From: Octopus vulgaris
Lineage: Eukaryota
Assembly (NCBI GenBank): GCA_951406725.2
Contig: OX597826.1
Location: 71,920,001 to 71,984,000, forward strand
Reading direction: 5' to 3'
Length of the DNA stretch: 64,000 bases
The translations under genes were made by a program, and so were the position numbers. Below are positions 21,811-35,696 of the stretch, piece by piece. The notes under the pieces are model-generated. The model made no database searches. It was not told the DNA's origin and was given only the letters and a program-made list of their open reading frames with translations. How positions within the stretch are numbered: position 1 is the stretch's first letter; every line of letters begins with the position of its first letter.

Positions 21811-22332
21811 AAATAAAAAAAATAAATGCGCCCTTTTTAAAGCCTAGCCAGGGTCATGGGCCCGGATTCCCGGTTTCTATGGCGTATGTGTTCCCCAGCT
21901 GGACAGGACACCAGTCCATTGCAGCGTTACTCATTTTTGCCAGCTGAGTGGACTGGAACAATGTGAAATGAAGCATTTTGCTCAAGAACACAACACATCG
22001 CCCGGTCTAGGAATCGAAACCACAATCTTACAATCATGGTGCTGACACCCTAACCACTAGGCCACGCGCCTCCACAAAATAAATGCGCCCTTTTTAAAGC
22101 CTAGCTAGGCTCATGGGCCCAGTTTCCCGGTTTCTATGGCATATATGTTCCCCAGCTGGACGGGACGCCAGTCCATTGTGGAGTTACTCATTTTTGCTAG
22201 CTGAGTGGACTGGAGCAATGTGAAATGAAGTGCTTTGCTCAAGAACACAACGCGTCGCCCGGTCCAGGAATCGAAACCACAATCTTATGATCATGATGCT
22301 GACACCCTAACCACTAGGCCACGTGCATCCAC
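21811..22332 (-). mobile_element. Tandem dimer of SINE family D with a single 14-bp TSD
   Basis: Two ~250-bp units (21828-22075, 22086-22332); tttgtaatgttgta at 21797-21810 and 22333-22346. Confidence 0.9.
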
Positions 22333-22486
22333 TTTGTAATGTTGTAGCATGCTGAAAATTTGATCATATTTCTGTGACTGAACACGTAGAGTCAAGAGTG
22401 TGAATGTGTGTGTGATTAAAATAATGGTCCTTTTTAAGATTCCAGTGTTCATTTACTCTGTTTTTACCATTTTTCTCTCCCTACAG

Positions 22487-22571
22487 TGCCAAGATTGCCG
22501 AAGAGAAGCTTCAGTATGCTGCCTATAACTGTATTGCTATCGACACAGATGTCAGTCCTTGGGAAGATTAA
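22487..22571 (+). CDS. HECTD3: HECTD3 terminal coding exon (stop TAA 22569-22571)
   Basis: cctacAG; [27 protein letters not shown], close to the recalled HECTD3 C-terminus [23 protein letters not shown]. Confidence 0.96.
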
Positions 22572-22756
22572 CTCACTTTGCTCCACACCACAGCCACCGC
22601 CTCCCTTTCTTTCCAGTGTGCGTGTGTGTGTGTGTTGGTGGAGTTGAGGCTTGCTTGCCTCCACATCACCACCTTCATGCACTGTTCACCCCCATTCTCA
22701 CAGTTGCTCACTCAGATAATGGCCAGAGTGAACTGGATCTTTTCTTTGATATGTTT

Positions 22757-22759
<3 letters not shown>

Positions 22760-22825
<66 letters not shown>

Positions 22826-22858
22826 TGTATATATATATATATGTGTGTGTGTGTATAC

Positions 22859-22918
<60 letters not shown>

Positions 22919-22935
22919 GTATGTATGTATATTTG

Positions 22936-22966
<31 letters not shown>

Positions 22967-23256
22967 ATTTGTATATGTATATATATTTATATATGTATGT
23001 ATATTTGTATATGTATATATATTTATATATATATGTATATATATATATGTATGTATGTATATTTGTATATGTATATATATTTATATATATATGTATATAT
23101 ATATATGTATGTATGTATATTTATATATGTATATATGTATTTATATTTGTACAGTAAATGTATATATGGCTACATACTAAATATATGTATGTTTATATAG
23201 TGAATATGTATGTGTGTGTGTGTGTGTAAATATATATATGTACATATGTATGTATG

Positions 23257-23292
<36 letters not shown>
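22760..23292. repeat. (TA)n/(TG)n/(TATG)n compound microsatellite just 3' of the HECTD3 stop (probable 3' UTR)
   Basis: Direct reading. Confidence 0.9.
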
Positions 23293-23295
<3 letters not shown>

Positions 23296-24593
23296 TTCAT
23301 TGAAAACATTTTAAAAATGTGATAAATGTGTAGTAAATGTACAGTCTAAGTAAAGATATCTATAAATCTATATATGTGTGTATCTTATGATTCAATGAAC
23401 AGGCCCATAACCAATTTCTCTATTAAATGCTGATCTTTTCTAAAGTTTTATATATTTCAACTGTATCGTTAAGCAATTGTATTTGGATAATTAAGAGCAG
23501 CTAATTTTGTTCTTTCATTGATTTTCTCCAGTTTTTTGAAAAATTACTTTCTTGCAATCAGGGAAGGAACCGTATAATCAGGCTGTAAAATAGCTAACAA
23601 ATAACTTTCAGAGTGCTTCTGTGTGTCAGGATCAATCTGACATAACTCAGTAAACCAATGATTATGGGTTCAAAACCTTACACTGGTTGTAGAATATGTA
23701 ACGGCTTACTTTTAGGACTCTTCAGCTTCTCAAAGTATTGCTTTGTAGGCCGACGGTCATAGGTAAAAATTGAAACCTTATTGCCTGGACATCTGACACC
23801 CATATCAGTTAGACAACCAATTTTCATATCAGAAAACATGTTTTTTGTTTTCTAATTCACATAACGATATCTTCTCAGTTACCTGAAGATTTTTACCTGG
23901 AGTCTTCCACCAATATTCCTTGTCATCTTTCATTTAACCGCCAGGCTTGAAGCAATATTTCTTACAAAAACATCAGCTACTAAAGACATTGGTAATTAAT
24001 TATAACTAACATCTCCTCTTTGTCTTATTAATAGCTGGTTCTCTGGTTCTGTTGTCTCGTTAGCTAAAATCTAACATTTTTTACCTGTTGTTTGTGATGT
24101 ATTAAATCTTCCTCACCAACTTGATATATTCCATGCATAGTATCACAATCTGCTGGTTAGAAAGAGATTTTCTTCTCTATTTTGCTGTCTCTTGAGTGCT
24201 TTAGTATTTATCTCTCTAACTGATGTATCCACACTGTACATAAATATTAAGCTAGGCCTGGTCTTTTGTGTTACTGTTATACATACATACATACAAATAT
24301 ATTTATTTAGGTGTGTATATATATATATATATATATACATACATATATATACACATACACAGGGTGGCTCAAAAGTAGTGCTCAGTTCCTGTTTTAGGGT
24401 TGATATGTATGACTTCCCAATTGTGAGATGCTTTTGACTCCTAACTCCTGTTTTACAGGTTGAGATATCAAAGAGTATCAACGACAAGGTACATGAACTA
24501 GATTTAGTAACTTTCAAAACTGTCAGTAATAACCTGCAAAACAACAAGGAAAGGCATGACTTACCAGAAACTGGGCACTATTTTCACTTACCA

Positions 24594-24977
24594 TGTATAT
24601 ATATTTATATATGTATATATATTTATATATGTATGTATATATATATTTATATGTATATTTATATATATATATATTTGTATATATTTATATATATATATAA
24701 TATATGTATGTATATTTATTTATATATATGTATGCATATTTATATATATGTATGTATATTTATATATATGTATGTATATTTATATATATGTATATATATT
24801 TATATATGTATATATATTTATATATGTATATATATTTATATATGTATGTATATATATATTTATATGTATATTTATATATATATATATATTTGTATATATT
24901 TATATATATATATAATATATGTATGTATATTTATTTATATATATGTATGTATATTTATATATATGTATGTATATTTA

Positions 24978-25008
<31 letters not shown>

Positions 25009-25200
25009 GATGTGGGTGAGAGAGAGAGTGTGTGTGTATATATATGTGATGTGGGTAAGAGAGTGTGTGTGCATGTATATATATGTATGTATGTATGTAT
25101 ATATATGTGTATATATATATATTTATTTATATATTTTATATATATGTATATATATATGATGTGGCTGAGAGTGTGCATGTGTGTGTGTGCATATATATAT
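24594..25200. repeat. TA-rich microsatellite with a higher-order ~215-bp duplication
   Basis: Block ...tatttgtatatatttatatatatatataatatatgtatgtatatttatttatatatatgtatg... recurs at about 24670 and 24885. Confidence 0.8.
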
Positions 25201-25889
25201 ATGTTGAGAGAGGGGCAGATCCGTATGCTTGTATTCATGCACAGGTGTGTATTTGTGCCTGTAACTATAAATTCATACTCACACATATTGCTGTGTATCA
25301 GTGTATTTATGCATAAATAGATATGTGTGTGAACATTTTTTTTTTGTTTTCCAATTATGGCCCTGCCATCAATTCTCTGTTGACAGCAAGCAAACTTACC
25401 TAAAACACACACACACACACACACGTGTATATAATATGTATACATGCATACCTGCATACATATATTCCCATTCATACATATGCATATATATACACACATA
25501 CATACACAAAAAAACTGGCTGTGATTCTTATTCTCTCAACAATTTACTTTAGTTTCACCCCCACCCCCCTCCTGCTAAACACCTCCCACCCCCTACCTTT
25601 TTACCTCACTGCCTTTTATTCTTTCCATCTTAATTCCCCCCTGCCCCTCTCTCACACACACTCAGCACTCACCAGTCATCTCCTCCCATCACTCATTCCA
25701 CACATTTCCAGACTTGTACATGCATTCACACACACACACACACACATACCTAAAGTAAAATGGATGTTTGTCAGTTTGTTAAACTCGTGGACAAGTATTT
25801 CGGTTGTTCAATCAACCAGACTACCTATTTTTTGAATTATTTGTGTAAGTGCTTGAGTATACCACAGACACTAGTATTCTTAGAGTAAT

Positions 25890-26030
25890 AGGCTGTGTTG
25901 TTAAGATGTTCGCTTAGCAACCGTGTTGTTACTGGCTCGATCTCATTGTACAGCACCTTAGGAAAGTGTCTCCTACTATATCCCTGGCCCGACAAATGCC
26001 TTGTGTGTAGATTCGATATACAAAAACTGG

Positions 26031-26063
<33 letters not shown>

Positions 26064-26490
26064 TACATACATATATATATACATAGGGAGAGTTTACAAA
26101 AAAAAACAAAAGACGAAGATAGGTGTTGTACAAAACAAACAGATGTATTAGTATAATGCTCGGGAATAGAAAAAGTCTTTTACGTTTCGAGCCTATGCTC
26201 TTCTACAGAAAGGAGACTTTTGGCGATTTGCTGTGCTTCAGAAGACTCATCAAACTACATGAAATCGTAGTCATGGCTGGTGCCAGTGACACATAAAAGG
26301 CACCTGTGCCAGCGACATGTAAAAGGCACCCACTACACTCTTGGAGAGGTTGGCATTAGAAAGAGTGTCTAGCTGTAGAAACCAAGCCAAATCAAACTGG
26401 AACCTGGTACAGCTCTCCGATTTACCAGTTCCAGACAAACTGACTAACCCATGCCAACATGGTAAGTGGACACTAAATGATGCTGATGAT
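25890..26490. mobile_element. Cluster: family C head (+), hammerhead-like element 26082-26215 (-), family B SINE (+)
   Basis: ggctgtgttgttaagatgttcgc...; cttttacgtttcgagcctatgctcttctacagaaagg; ccatgccaacatgg...tgatgctgatg. Confidence 0.7.
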
Positions 26491-26658
26491 ATATATATGT
26501 ATGTATGTATAAATATATATATATAATGGTGTCGTTGAGACCCACAGGTGTCAGGTAATGCTGAATAAGTGCTATAGACAGACCATAGTTAAGTTCCAGA
26601 TTCGGTAATATTGCGAATAAAGGGTTCAACGTTGGTTCTATGTCAGCGTGTGTATATA

Positions 26659-26902
26659 AGAATTTTTTGCGTAATAATATAAAAAAACCAAAGCTGTGTA
26701 GATATTAGAGCATTTATAGATAGAAGGTCTTACAGCTGTTTCCAGGATATTTATTAATTATATCCCTTCATCCTCTCACACCATCTCCGATGAAGGGATA
26801 TAATTAATAAATATCCTTGAAACACCTGTAAGACCTTCTATCTATAAATGCTCTAATATCTACACAGCCTTGGTTTTTTTATATTATTACGCAAAAAATT
26901 CT
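26659..26902. mobile_element. Near-perfect foldback element (~115-bp arms) carrying mirrored hammerhead-like motifs
   Basis: Right arm tct-ccgatga-agggatat(aattaataa)atatcctt-gaaac-acct-gta-aga; left-arm complement has gaaac-agct-gta-agacc; TA-flanked. Confidence 0.8.
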
Positions 26903-26944
26903 ATATATATATATACACACACACACATACACATATGTTTCTGT

Positions 26945-27445
26945 AGTGCTGATGCCATGTAAAAAGCACCTAGTCTCTCTGTAAAGTGGTTGGTGTTAGG
27001 AAGGGCATCCAGCCATAGACATTATGCCAAATCAGAGAGTGGAGCCTGGTCTGGCTTCCAGCCTTGCCAGCTCCTGTCAAACCGTCCAACCCTTGCCAGC
27101 ATGAAAAACAGACATTAAACGACAATGTGTGCCTTTGTGCTTGTGTCCTGTCACTTGAGAGCCAGTGTTGGTTTGTTCATATCCCTGTAACATACAACAG
27201 CTCAGCAAATAAGAATGCCAGACTGGGGTCATTTCAGTCAACTGAATCATGGCCAGCATTGCCATAGTCCAGTAGCTAAAACAAAAGAAGAGAAGTTGTG
27301 GCAGTGTGGTTAATATGTTTATTTCCCATCCAGATGGTTGTGGGTTCAGTCCCACTGCATGGCAACTTGGACATGGGTCTTCTTTTATAACCCTGAATCA
27401 ACCAAAGCTTTGTGAGTGGATTTGATATATAGAAACTGAAAGCAC
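26945..27445 (+). mobile_element. Family B SINE, family C tail fragment and family C head
   Basis: gttaggaagggcatccagcc; gggttcagtcccactgcatggcaacttgg. Confidence 0.65.
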
Positions 27446-27485
27446 ACACACGTTTGTGTGTCTGTGTGTCTCTTTGTATCTATCC

Positions 27486-27527
<42 letters not shown>

Positions 27528-28959
27528 TGTTTACATCATGTGTAGGCAAACTTTTTTGAGAAATTGGCTGCATAAGAAATGACTCATCACAAGGCAGGCT
27601 TCACTACCAAAGAAATTCAAGGTAATTTTTCTGAATGACATGCCATTCAAAAAACCTCACAAACTGCAGTTTACCTCAGACTGGTTTACATCATAAGAAT
27701 TTAGGAACTTTAAGAGACATGGAATAAACTTGTTTTATTGCTGGAACTTGAAATAGATAAAACCAACCTATATAAATAAATAAGTAAATATATAAATGAT
27801 GATTGCCTCATCTTGTCAGATGACAGTTGTCTCACATTCAACCTGGTTGTTCTGATTTACTTTCATCTTTGCATGTGGGCAGTTATGACTATACACAGCA
27901 TACATTCATTGCCAAAGGACTTTACAAGATACAAAACAGATCAAGAGATGAAACAATAGGGAGACATCTGTACATCATTGGATTTAAGTGACAAAAGTTT
28001 GTACATCCTTGTCACTCTCTCTGATCACCATAGGAGGTTCCAGTGACAAGCATTGCAAGAGGATTGGTAACCATTTCGACTGCAAGTTTTATGTCTTTCT
28101 CATAGAAGAGCTGCCTTTCCTACAGTTTCATAAAAAATAATAGAAGCTTTTTGTACCCTTGGGAAATCTAATTAATCCATAGATAGGACCCTAACGGATG
28201 CTACCATTCCAGGTGAGAATGGACCTGGGAATAATGGTAATTAAGGGGTGATTCCACACTCTTCATAACTCCAGAATTTCTGAACTGGGATCTCACCACC
28301 AGATACTGTTTAATATCAAACCCAAGACAGTGTGTGTATTGAGCCACTTAGTTATGGAATTACATATAAGTGGCTGAATATTCCACATACATTGATCCTC
28401 AGACTGAATCATGACACAATGTGCAACAAGGCTATTATAACTATTATAGCTGCAGTCCATCCACTGAGCTTCAGCACGGTTTCCGTCGACCCACTTTTTT
28501 CACAAGGTCTTGTGTGTTGACCCAAAGCTGTGGTGGGCTACACTTGCTTAAGGTGCGATGCAGTGGGATCGAATTTGGAGCCATGTGATTACAAAGCAAA
28601 CTTCTTAACTCCTTAATCATGCTTGCATCAAGACGAACATGCAGGTATGCACACCTGCACTCAGGTATGCGTGCTTACACTAGCTTAGATGCATTCTCAG
28701 GCATATTTTCTCCTGTACCCAATCAGTCCAATGCAGTGAGCTGTTTCTGACAACATTTGGATGGATTATATTATTTCATTTATACCCTCATAAATTCTAC
28801 CCCTCGTAGAATTTATGCAGGTAGCAGGCTACTACCTGTAACCCTTAGATAGCCGCAAACTTTCAAGTGCTCAAAATTCTTCTGATAATCTTTCTTGTTC
28901 CTAAGAAGCAAACTTCCTGTAGAAGCTCTATTATTATTATTATTATTATTACCACCACT

Positions 28960-29112
28960 AAAGCGGCGAGCTGGCAGAATCGTTAGCACTCTGGATTCGC
29001 CCGTCACTATGTTCTGAGTTCAATAAGATAAGTACCTGTTGAAGACTGGGGGTCGATGTAATCAACACATCCCCTCCCCCAAAATTGCTGCCCTTGTGGC
29101 AAAATTTGAAAC
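28960..29112 (+). mobile_element. SINE family A within (ATT)n
   Basis: gcggcgagctggcagaatcgttagcac...ggggtcgatgtaatc...aaaatttgaaacc. Confidence 0.75.
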
Positions 29113-29869
29113 CATTATTATTATTATTATTATTATTATAAATTATTTATTCTGACATTGTCTTATTACAAAGATGATGATCATGTTTATTATTATTATT
29201 GTTTGTGATTGTGATGATGGTTGTAATGGTCAAGATGTTGGTGGTGGCACTGATGGAAATTGTGATGACGATTATGGTGGTAATTAATCATGATGGTGGT
29301 GATGGTGGAAGTGATTGTTGATGACAGTGATGATAATGGTGATGGTGTTGATGCTGTTTACTGACAGTGGTGATGATGATGATGATAATGATTATGGTGA
29401 TTTCCTCTTACCAACTCTAACAAAAAAAAATTTGTGAACTATAACAAAGCAAAAAAAAAAATTAAATTGAATAAAATTATTTTTTCTTTCCATTTTATTT
29501 GTCTTCAGTACATGTATGTATGTATGTAAGTAAACTATTTATATATGTATGCATGTATTTATGTATATTAATATCTTTAAGTATATATGTGTGTATATAT
29601 ATATACATATATATATATGTATATATAAGTGTATAAACAGCAGATTCCACTTAATTGCATACCAAATAACTGCATAATTCAGTTAACTTCACAACTTTTC
29701 AACAACACCAAGCCGTTTCACATTAAAATCTATGTAAAATTAATTAGTTAATTGCAGATACAATTGACATCATTTAGGAAAATTGCATAAGAATTTTTTT
29801 CTTTTCCTCTCATTTTGAGTAAAACATTAGTAAAAACCGTAGCATTAAAAGTGAAATATCTACTTGATA

Positions 29870-30210
29870 AGGGAGACCCCCTTCGGTCATGAATGACCAT
29901 GGGATTGCACCTAGAAAGTTGCCCTCCGAGTTACAAGTCCAGGCAAGGTTGTTTATGGAAGGCCAGCAGTCGTCCATGCATACCGGCCTCCCCTCTCCAC
30001 ACCATTGATGTTATCCAAGGGAAAGGCAAAGGGGCCGATAGAGCTTGGCACCAGTGATGTTGCAACTCATTTCTACAGCTGAGTTAACAGGAGCAACATG
30101 AAATAAAGTGTCTTGCTCAAGAACGCAACACGCAGTCTGGTCCGGGAGTCGAACTCACAACCTCACGATTGTAAGCTTGACACTCTAACCACTGAGCCAT
30201 GTGCTTTCAC
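29870..30210 (-). mobile_element. SINE family D variant with TSD tacttgata
   Basis: TSD at 29861-29869 and 30211-30219; reverse tRNA head ctctaaccactgagccatgtgctttcac. Confidence 0.85.
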
Positions 30211-30354
30211 TACTTGATATAATATGAATATAATGATTGTGGAAGCCACTGTTTTCATGATGAGCTTATTTGCAAACAACCAATGTCTTAAGAATCAAAT
30301 GTTACCGTTTCTTACCATTTCAATGAATGGAATCTAATTGAAGTTCCAATCCAA

Positions 30355-30415
<61 letters not shown>

Positions 30416-30434
30416 GTGTGTGTGTGTGTGTGTG

Positions 30435-30643
30435 GTGGCAGAATCATTAATACAATGGCTTAAATGCCTAGTGGCATTTACTTCATTTTCACATTCTTTG
30501 TTAAAATTCCATCTGAGTTTACTTTGCCTTTAATCCTTTCGAGATCAATAAAAGAGTAACAGTGGAACACTGGGGGGGGGGGGGGGATGTAATCAACTTA
30601 CCCACTTCCCTGAACTTGCTGGCCTTGTCCCAAAATTTGAAGG
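30435..30643 (+). mobile_element. SINE family A (decayed)
   Basis: tggcagaatcatt...actttgcctttaatcctttcgagatcaataaaa. Confidence 0.65.
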
Positions 30644-31239
30644 CAATATATATATGTTATATATATAATATATGTTATATATATATATATAATGTATGTT
30701 ATATATGTAATATATATATAATATATTTATATATGTAATATATATATATATATATATGTTATATATGTAATATATATATAATATAATATATGTTATATAT
30801 ATATATATAATGTATGTTATATATGTAATATATATATATATATATATATATGTAATATATATATAATATAATATATGTTATATATATATATATGTTTTAT
30901 TTATATATTATATATACATATATATTATTTATATATTACATAGATATATATGTTATATATATTTCATCTATTTTTAATTGTGTAATAAAATTCTTTAATA
31001 AATCTTCATTCTAGATCAAATTTCTAAAAAGATAGTTTGGAATCAAGTTTTAAAATGGACGCTGTTTTGTTGTTTTCATTATCGTTTACAAAAACCTGTG
31101 ATTGAGCAAATTAAATTCTATTTCTTAATTCACATTAACACTGGTTATTATCATTGAGTCATTCAAAGTGTATGAAAGTCATTGTTTAAGACATATGAAT
31201 CTGGCTAAGCTTGGTTAATTGAAGAATATCAAATGAGAG

Positions 31240-31727
31240 TTAACCCTTTTAGCATTCAGATAAATCTGCTGTATGTAATGCAGATTTATTTACAGGGCTT
31301 TTGATTAACCCTTTAGTATTTAAACCAGCCATATCCAGCCAAAATAGTTAATCTGTTTTATGTTCAAACTGACCAGATCCAGGCTCTCACACCTACCCTA
31401 CAATGTTATTCTACATTAAGTAATTACACCATCAAGATCTTGAAGATATGAGAAAATGCATGATTAATTCAAATCAATAGGAATCAATAAGCATTATGTT
31501 TGATAGAATAATCTGAACACTAAAGGGTTAATATTCTCACAACTTCAAAACTTCAGTGATGTGATTATTTATTTTTAAAATGATATTTTAGGGGTAGGTG
31601 TGAGAGGCTGGATCTCGCCCGTTTGCACATAACACAAGAAGAAAATTTGGGCCAGATATGAAGTATAATGAACTTATTGTATACAGTCTTTGTGTGCACT
31701 TTGGCAGGTTTAAGTGGTAAAGGGTTA
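31240..31727. mobile_element. piggyBac-like MITE family E: nested and inverted copies
   Basis: TTAA|cccttt(t)ag starts at about 31240 and 31305; taaaggg|TTAA ends at about 31530 and 31727. Confidence 0.75.
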
Positions 31728-32032
31728 AATATTTTCATGTCAATATGTGATAATAACAATAATAGCTTGGACTAGTTGGAACCTAAGTAAATTCTACTAT
31801 AAAACAGTGTGAGTAAATACATTTCATTCTATACAAGTGAGACATGGGCACAAAATTTATTACTAATAATTTATATTGAAGTCTTGTAATATAACAACTA
31901 CTATATGAATACAGTTCATTGAATAAGAACATCAATCATTGAAGCTATGCAATTAAGCAGAATTCATACATATATATATGCACTCATATATATATATATC
32001 CACATTCATGTGTGTGTATGTTTGTACATATG

Positions 32033-32063
<31 letters not shown>

Positions 32064-32067
<4 letters not shown>

Positions 32068-32480
32068 AAATTAGAAAAAAACACCTTTTATCAATTCAAA
32101 ATGAAAAATTAAATTACACCATCTTGAAAATTATATATAATAGAAATATTAAATATAAAATAACAATAATATACCGATGATTAAGTAATGTGCAAAATAA
32201 TAAATAAAACGTATACCAAATATATGTTTTATTTATTTATTATTTTGCACATTACTTAATCATCGGTATATTATTGTTATTTTATATTTAATATTTCTAT
32301 TACATATAATTTTCTAGATGGTGTAATTTAATTTTCATTTTGAATTGATAAAAGGTGGGGTTTTTTTCTAATTTATATATATATATATATATTACATTTT
32401 GTGAAATTTGATTTAGTATTTCTAAATTGAATTTTTCCCTGTAAGTTTGGAATAATATTCCCTCAAATTATTATTTTATA
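32064..32480. mobile_element. Foldback element (~150-bp arms, 32064-32378) plus a ~90-bp single-copy tail shared with 35620-35700
   Basis: aattagaaaaaaacaccttttatcaattcaaaatgaaaa / ttttcattttgaattgataaaaggtg..ttttttctaatt; tail ttgtgaaatttgattta...aaattgaatttttccctgt. Confidence 0.8.
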
Positions 32481-32513
32481 TCATCATCATCATCATCATC
32501 ATATTTAGCGTCC

Positions 32514-32558
<45 letters not shown>

Positions 32559-33353
32559 CATGTAAATGTATTTGTGTATAAATATGTGTATATAATTACA
32601 TGCTTGTGTGTATGTATATACTATGTATATACATTTAAACTTTGAAGCTGTGTGTGTGTGTGTGTGTGAAGTGATACGAAGCAATATTGAAGGTCAAGAG
32701 TAAGACATAGTCGCATGACTATTTACACATAAATTTTCACAAACTGTTCAACCCTTTAATTATCGACCACTGTTGAGACAACTCATACCGAAGTATTCAT
32801 CTTTAAAGCAAACTCTCATAATATGAACAATATTACGAGATTTTACTTGGTCAAATCCAACATAACGCAGTGAACTCCCTTCTACCCGGTACTTAACTGG
32901 AAACCTCAAGCAACCAGAAAAATGTATTGTTAATTAGAAGTCAAAAGAATTTGTGATAATTTGTGTTAATTAATTAATTGTCATTAAAAGAAAATTTCTA
33001 CTGTATCTAAAATGCATCATTGCTTCTTCTCAAAGTACAGTATTTTGTTTTACTGTATCCACGGTACCTGTATTTTATTAGGTTAATAAAACTTCTTCAT
33101 TAATTAAATCGCACTTTATTTCTTCCTATTTTTCTCATTTCTATTATGTTTAGAATATTTAATGGTAACATTGATGTATATTTTGAGAGTTTTGATGAGG
33201 TCTGTAAGGTGCTGTGCTAATTTAAAAAGTGAGGGGTCACATACCCAGAAAATTCAATTATATAGCAAACCTTCAGTCCTCATGATGTCGGATAAGAGGA
33301 AGTTTACTGTGCATATATACGTATGTAAATATGTGCATATATATATACATATG

Positions 33354-33743
33354 TATGAGGGTGAGTCAAAAAGTAATGCCATTTTGTTTAGGACAGATAT
33401 AATTACCAACACAGGAACATGTATCATGCATCAAAATGAAGCTGGTCCTCTGTGGATGACATTCCTACTTCTCAACATAGTCACCGTTTCTCTCAATAGC
33501 AACGTCCCACCTTTGAATGAGAGCATGTATCCCTGTCCCGTAAAATTTTGTTGACTGTTCTTTGAGCCACTTCTTCACTACCTCCACACTCACCAGATTT
33601 AGCACCTTCAGACTATCATCTCTTCGGCGCCACGAAAGAGGGTTATTCCAGTGACGACGAAGTGAAAACTGTAGTGAAGAATTGGCTCAAAAAACAGTCT
33701 ACAGAATTTTACAGAGCAGGGATACATGCTCTCATTCAAAGGT
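33354..33743. mobile_element. mariner-derived foldback made of two inverted transposase 3' ends
   Basis: TIR-like tatgagggtgagtcaaaaagtaatg; [13 protein letters not shown] motif; 33508-33580 is the reverse complement of 33670-33743. Confidence 0.8.
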
Positions 33744-33872
33744 GTATGTGTGTGTATATATGTGTATATATATATGTATATATATATATGTATGTATATG
33801 TATATGTATGTATTTATATGTATACATATATGTATGTATATATATACGTGTATATATATCTATACATGTGTT

Positions 33873-33913
<41 letters not shown>

Positions 33914-33915
33914 GT

Positions 33916-33948
<33 letters not shown>

Positions 33949-34064
33949 GTATATATATATACATTTATATGTATGTATATATACATTTATATATGTATAT
34001 ATATATACATTTATATATATATATATACATGTATATATATGTATGTATATATATGTAAAGCAAG

Positions 34065-34358
34065 ACAGATGAGTGACAACCTGGCCACTGGTGGTGGTGT
34101 AACAAATCATACTAATCATATCTGTCGGGCATATGGAAGTGAGTGTAATTTGGCAGGAGGACTTAAACGACATGCAAAGGTACATGAAGCCCAGTTACAA
34201 CTACAGACGGCTATTACCAGTAAAGGTTTTAGTTGCCAATTCTGTACAAGGCATTGTAGATCTTTAGCTGGGCTAAAAAGTCACATTCGATCACAGCACC
34301 AGTAACGGTTAAGCTTTGTGCAATGGCCATACTCGATAACGAGGGTGCAGTCATAATA
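34065..34358 (+). mobile_element. RTE-type LINE 3' end with C2H2-like fingers
   Basis: [18 protein letters not shown] and [24 protein letters not shown], then short tail gccatactcgataacgagg; no splice signals. Confidence 0.65.
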
Positions 34359-34438
34359 TATGCATGTATATGTATATATATATATATATATATAGATATA
34401 TGCATATATATATGTGTGTATGTATATATATGTGCATG

Positions 34439-34475
<37 letters not shown>

Positions 34476-34497
34476 GTATGTATATATATATGTATGT

Positions 34498-34563
<66 letters not shown>

Positions 34564-34901
34564 GTATATTTGCATATATATGTATGTATATATGTGTATA
34601 TATATGTATGTATATGTATATTTGCATATGTATGTATATATATATATATGTGTGTGTGTGTATATATATATATATATGTGTATATATATATATTTATATA
34701 TATATATATATATGTAGATATATGTATGTGTATATATATATGTATGTAGATATATGTGTGTATATATATATATATATATGTGTGTGTGTATGTGTGTGTG
34801 TATATGTATGTGTGTATATGTATATGTATGTATGTGTATATGTAGGTATATGTATGTATGTATATATGCATGTATATATGTATATGTACATATACATGTA
34901 T

Positions 34902-34936
<35 letters not shown>

Positions 34937-34957
34937 ATATATTTAATATATGTATAT

Positions 34958-35696
34958 AATTTAGAGAAAAACCTCTATTAAACAATTCAATAATGAAAGA
35001 TGTTATTCACACCATATAGAAAAAAATATACTATAAAAACCTTATTCGAAAAATCAGTAAAGTACAATAAATAGTAAATAGTAGTAAAAAGACTAAGCAC
35101 GTTTCATGGCTATATTTTCAAATAGATAATAATAATAAAATCTATTCGATTTAAAATTAAATTGATCTAAAATTAATTTTATTTAAAAATATAGTCTCAC
35201 GTCAGGTCTAAAATAATAAATAAATAATAATAGAATAAATTTACTATCTTAACTTACACTAATTATCAAATAAATGTATAAAAAATACGTGCATTAACTA
35301 TAAATAATCAAAAAGCACATATTTTTAAATAGAATTAATTTTAGATCGATTTAATTTTAAATTGAATTGATTTTATTATTATTATCTATTTGAAAATATA
35401 GCCATGAAATGCGTGTAGTCTTTTTACTACTATTTACTATTACTTTATTTACTTTATTGATTTTTAGAATAAGGTTTTTATAGTATATGTTTTCTATATG
35501 GAGTGAATAACATCTTTCATTTCTGAATTGTTTAATAGAGGTTTTTTTCTGGTGTCCCAGCATGGCCGCGGCCTTTGGGTTAAAACATTTTTAAGGATTT
35601 AAGGATATATATTATATATATTGTGAAATTTGATTTAAATTTGTTAAATTGAATTTTTCCCTGTCAGTTTTGGAATTATATTCCCTACTATCTTTA

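Noticed and set aside
23422-23427. ATTAAA as the HECTD3 poly(A) signal
   Set aside because: Such hexamers are frequent in this AT-rich DNA; cannot be assigned without transcript data.
34065-34305. Exon of a host C2H2 zinc-finger gene
   Set aside because: No TGEKP linkers or splice sites, the first finger is degenerate, and the short hairpin tail fits an RTE LINE 3' end.
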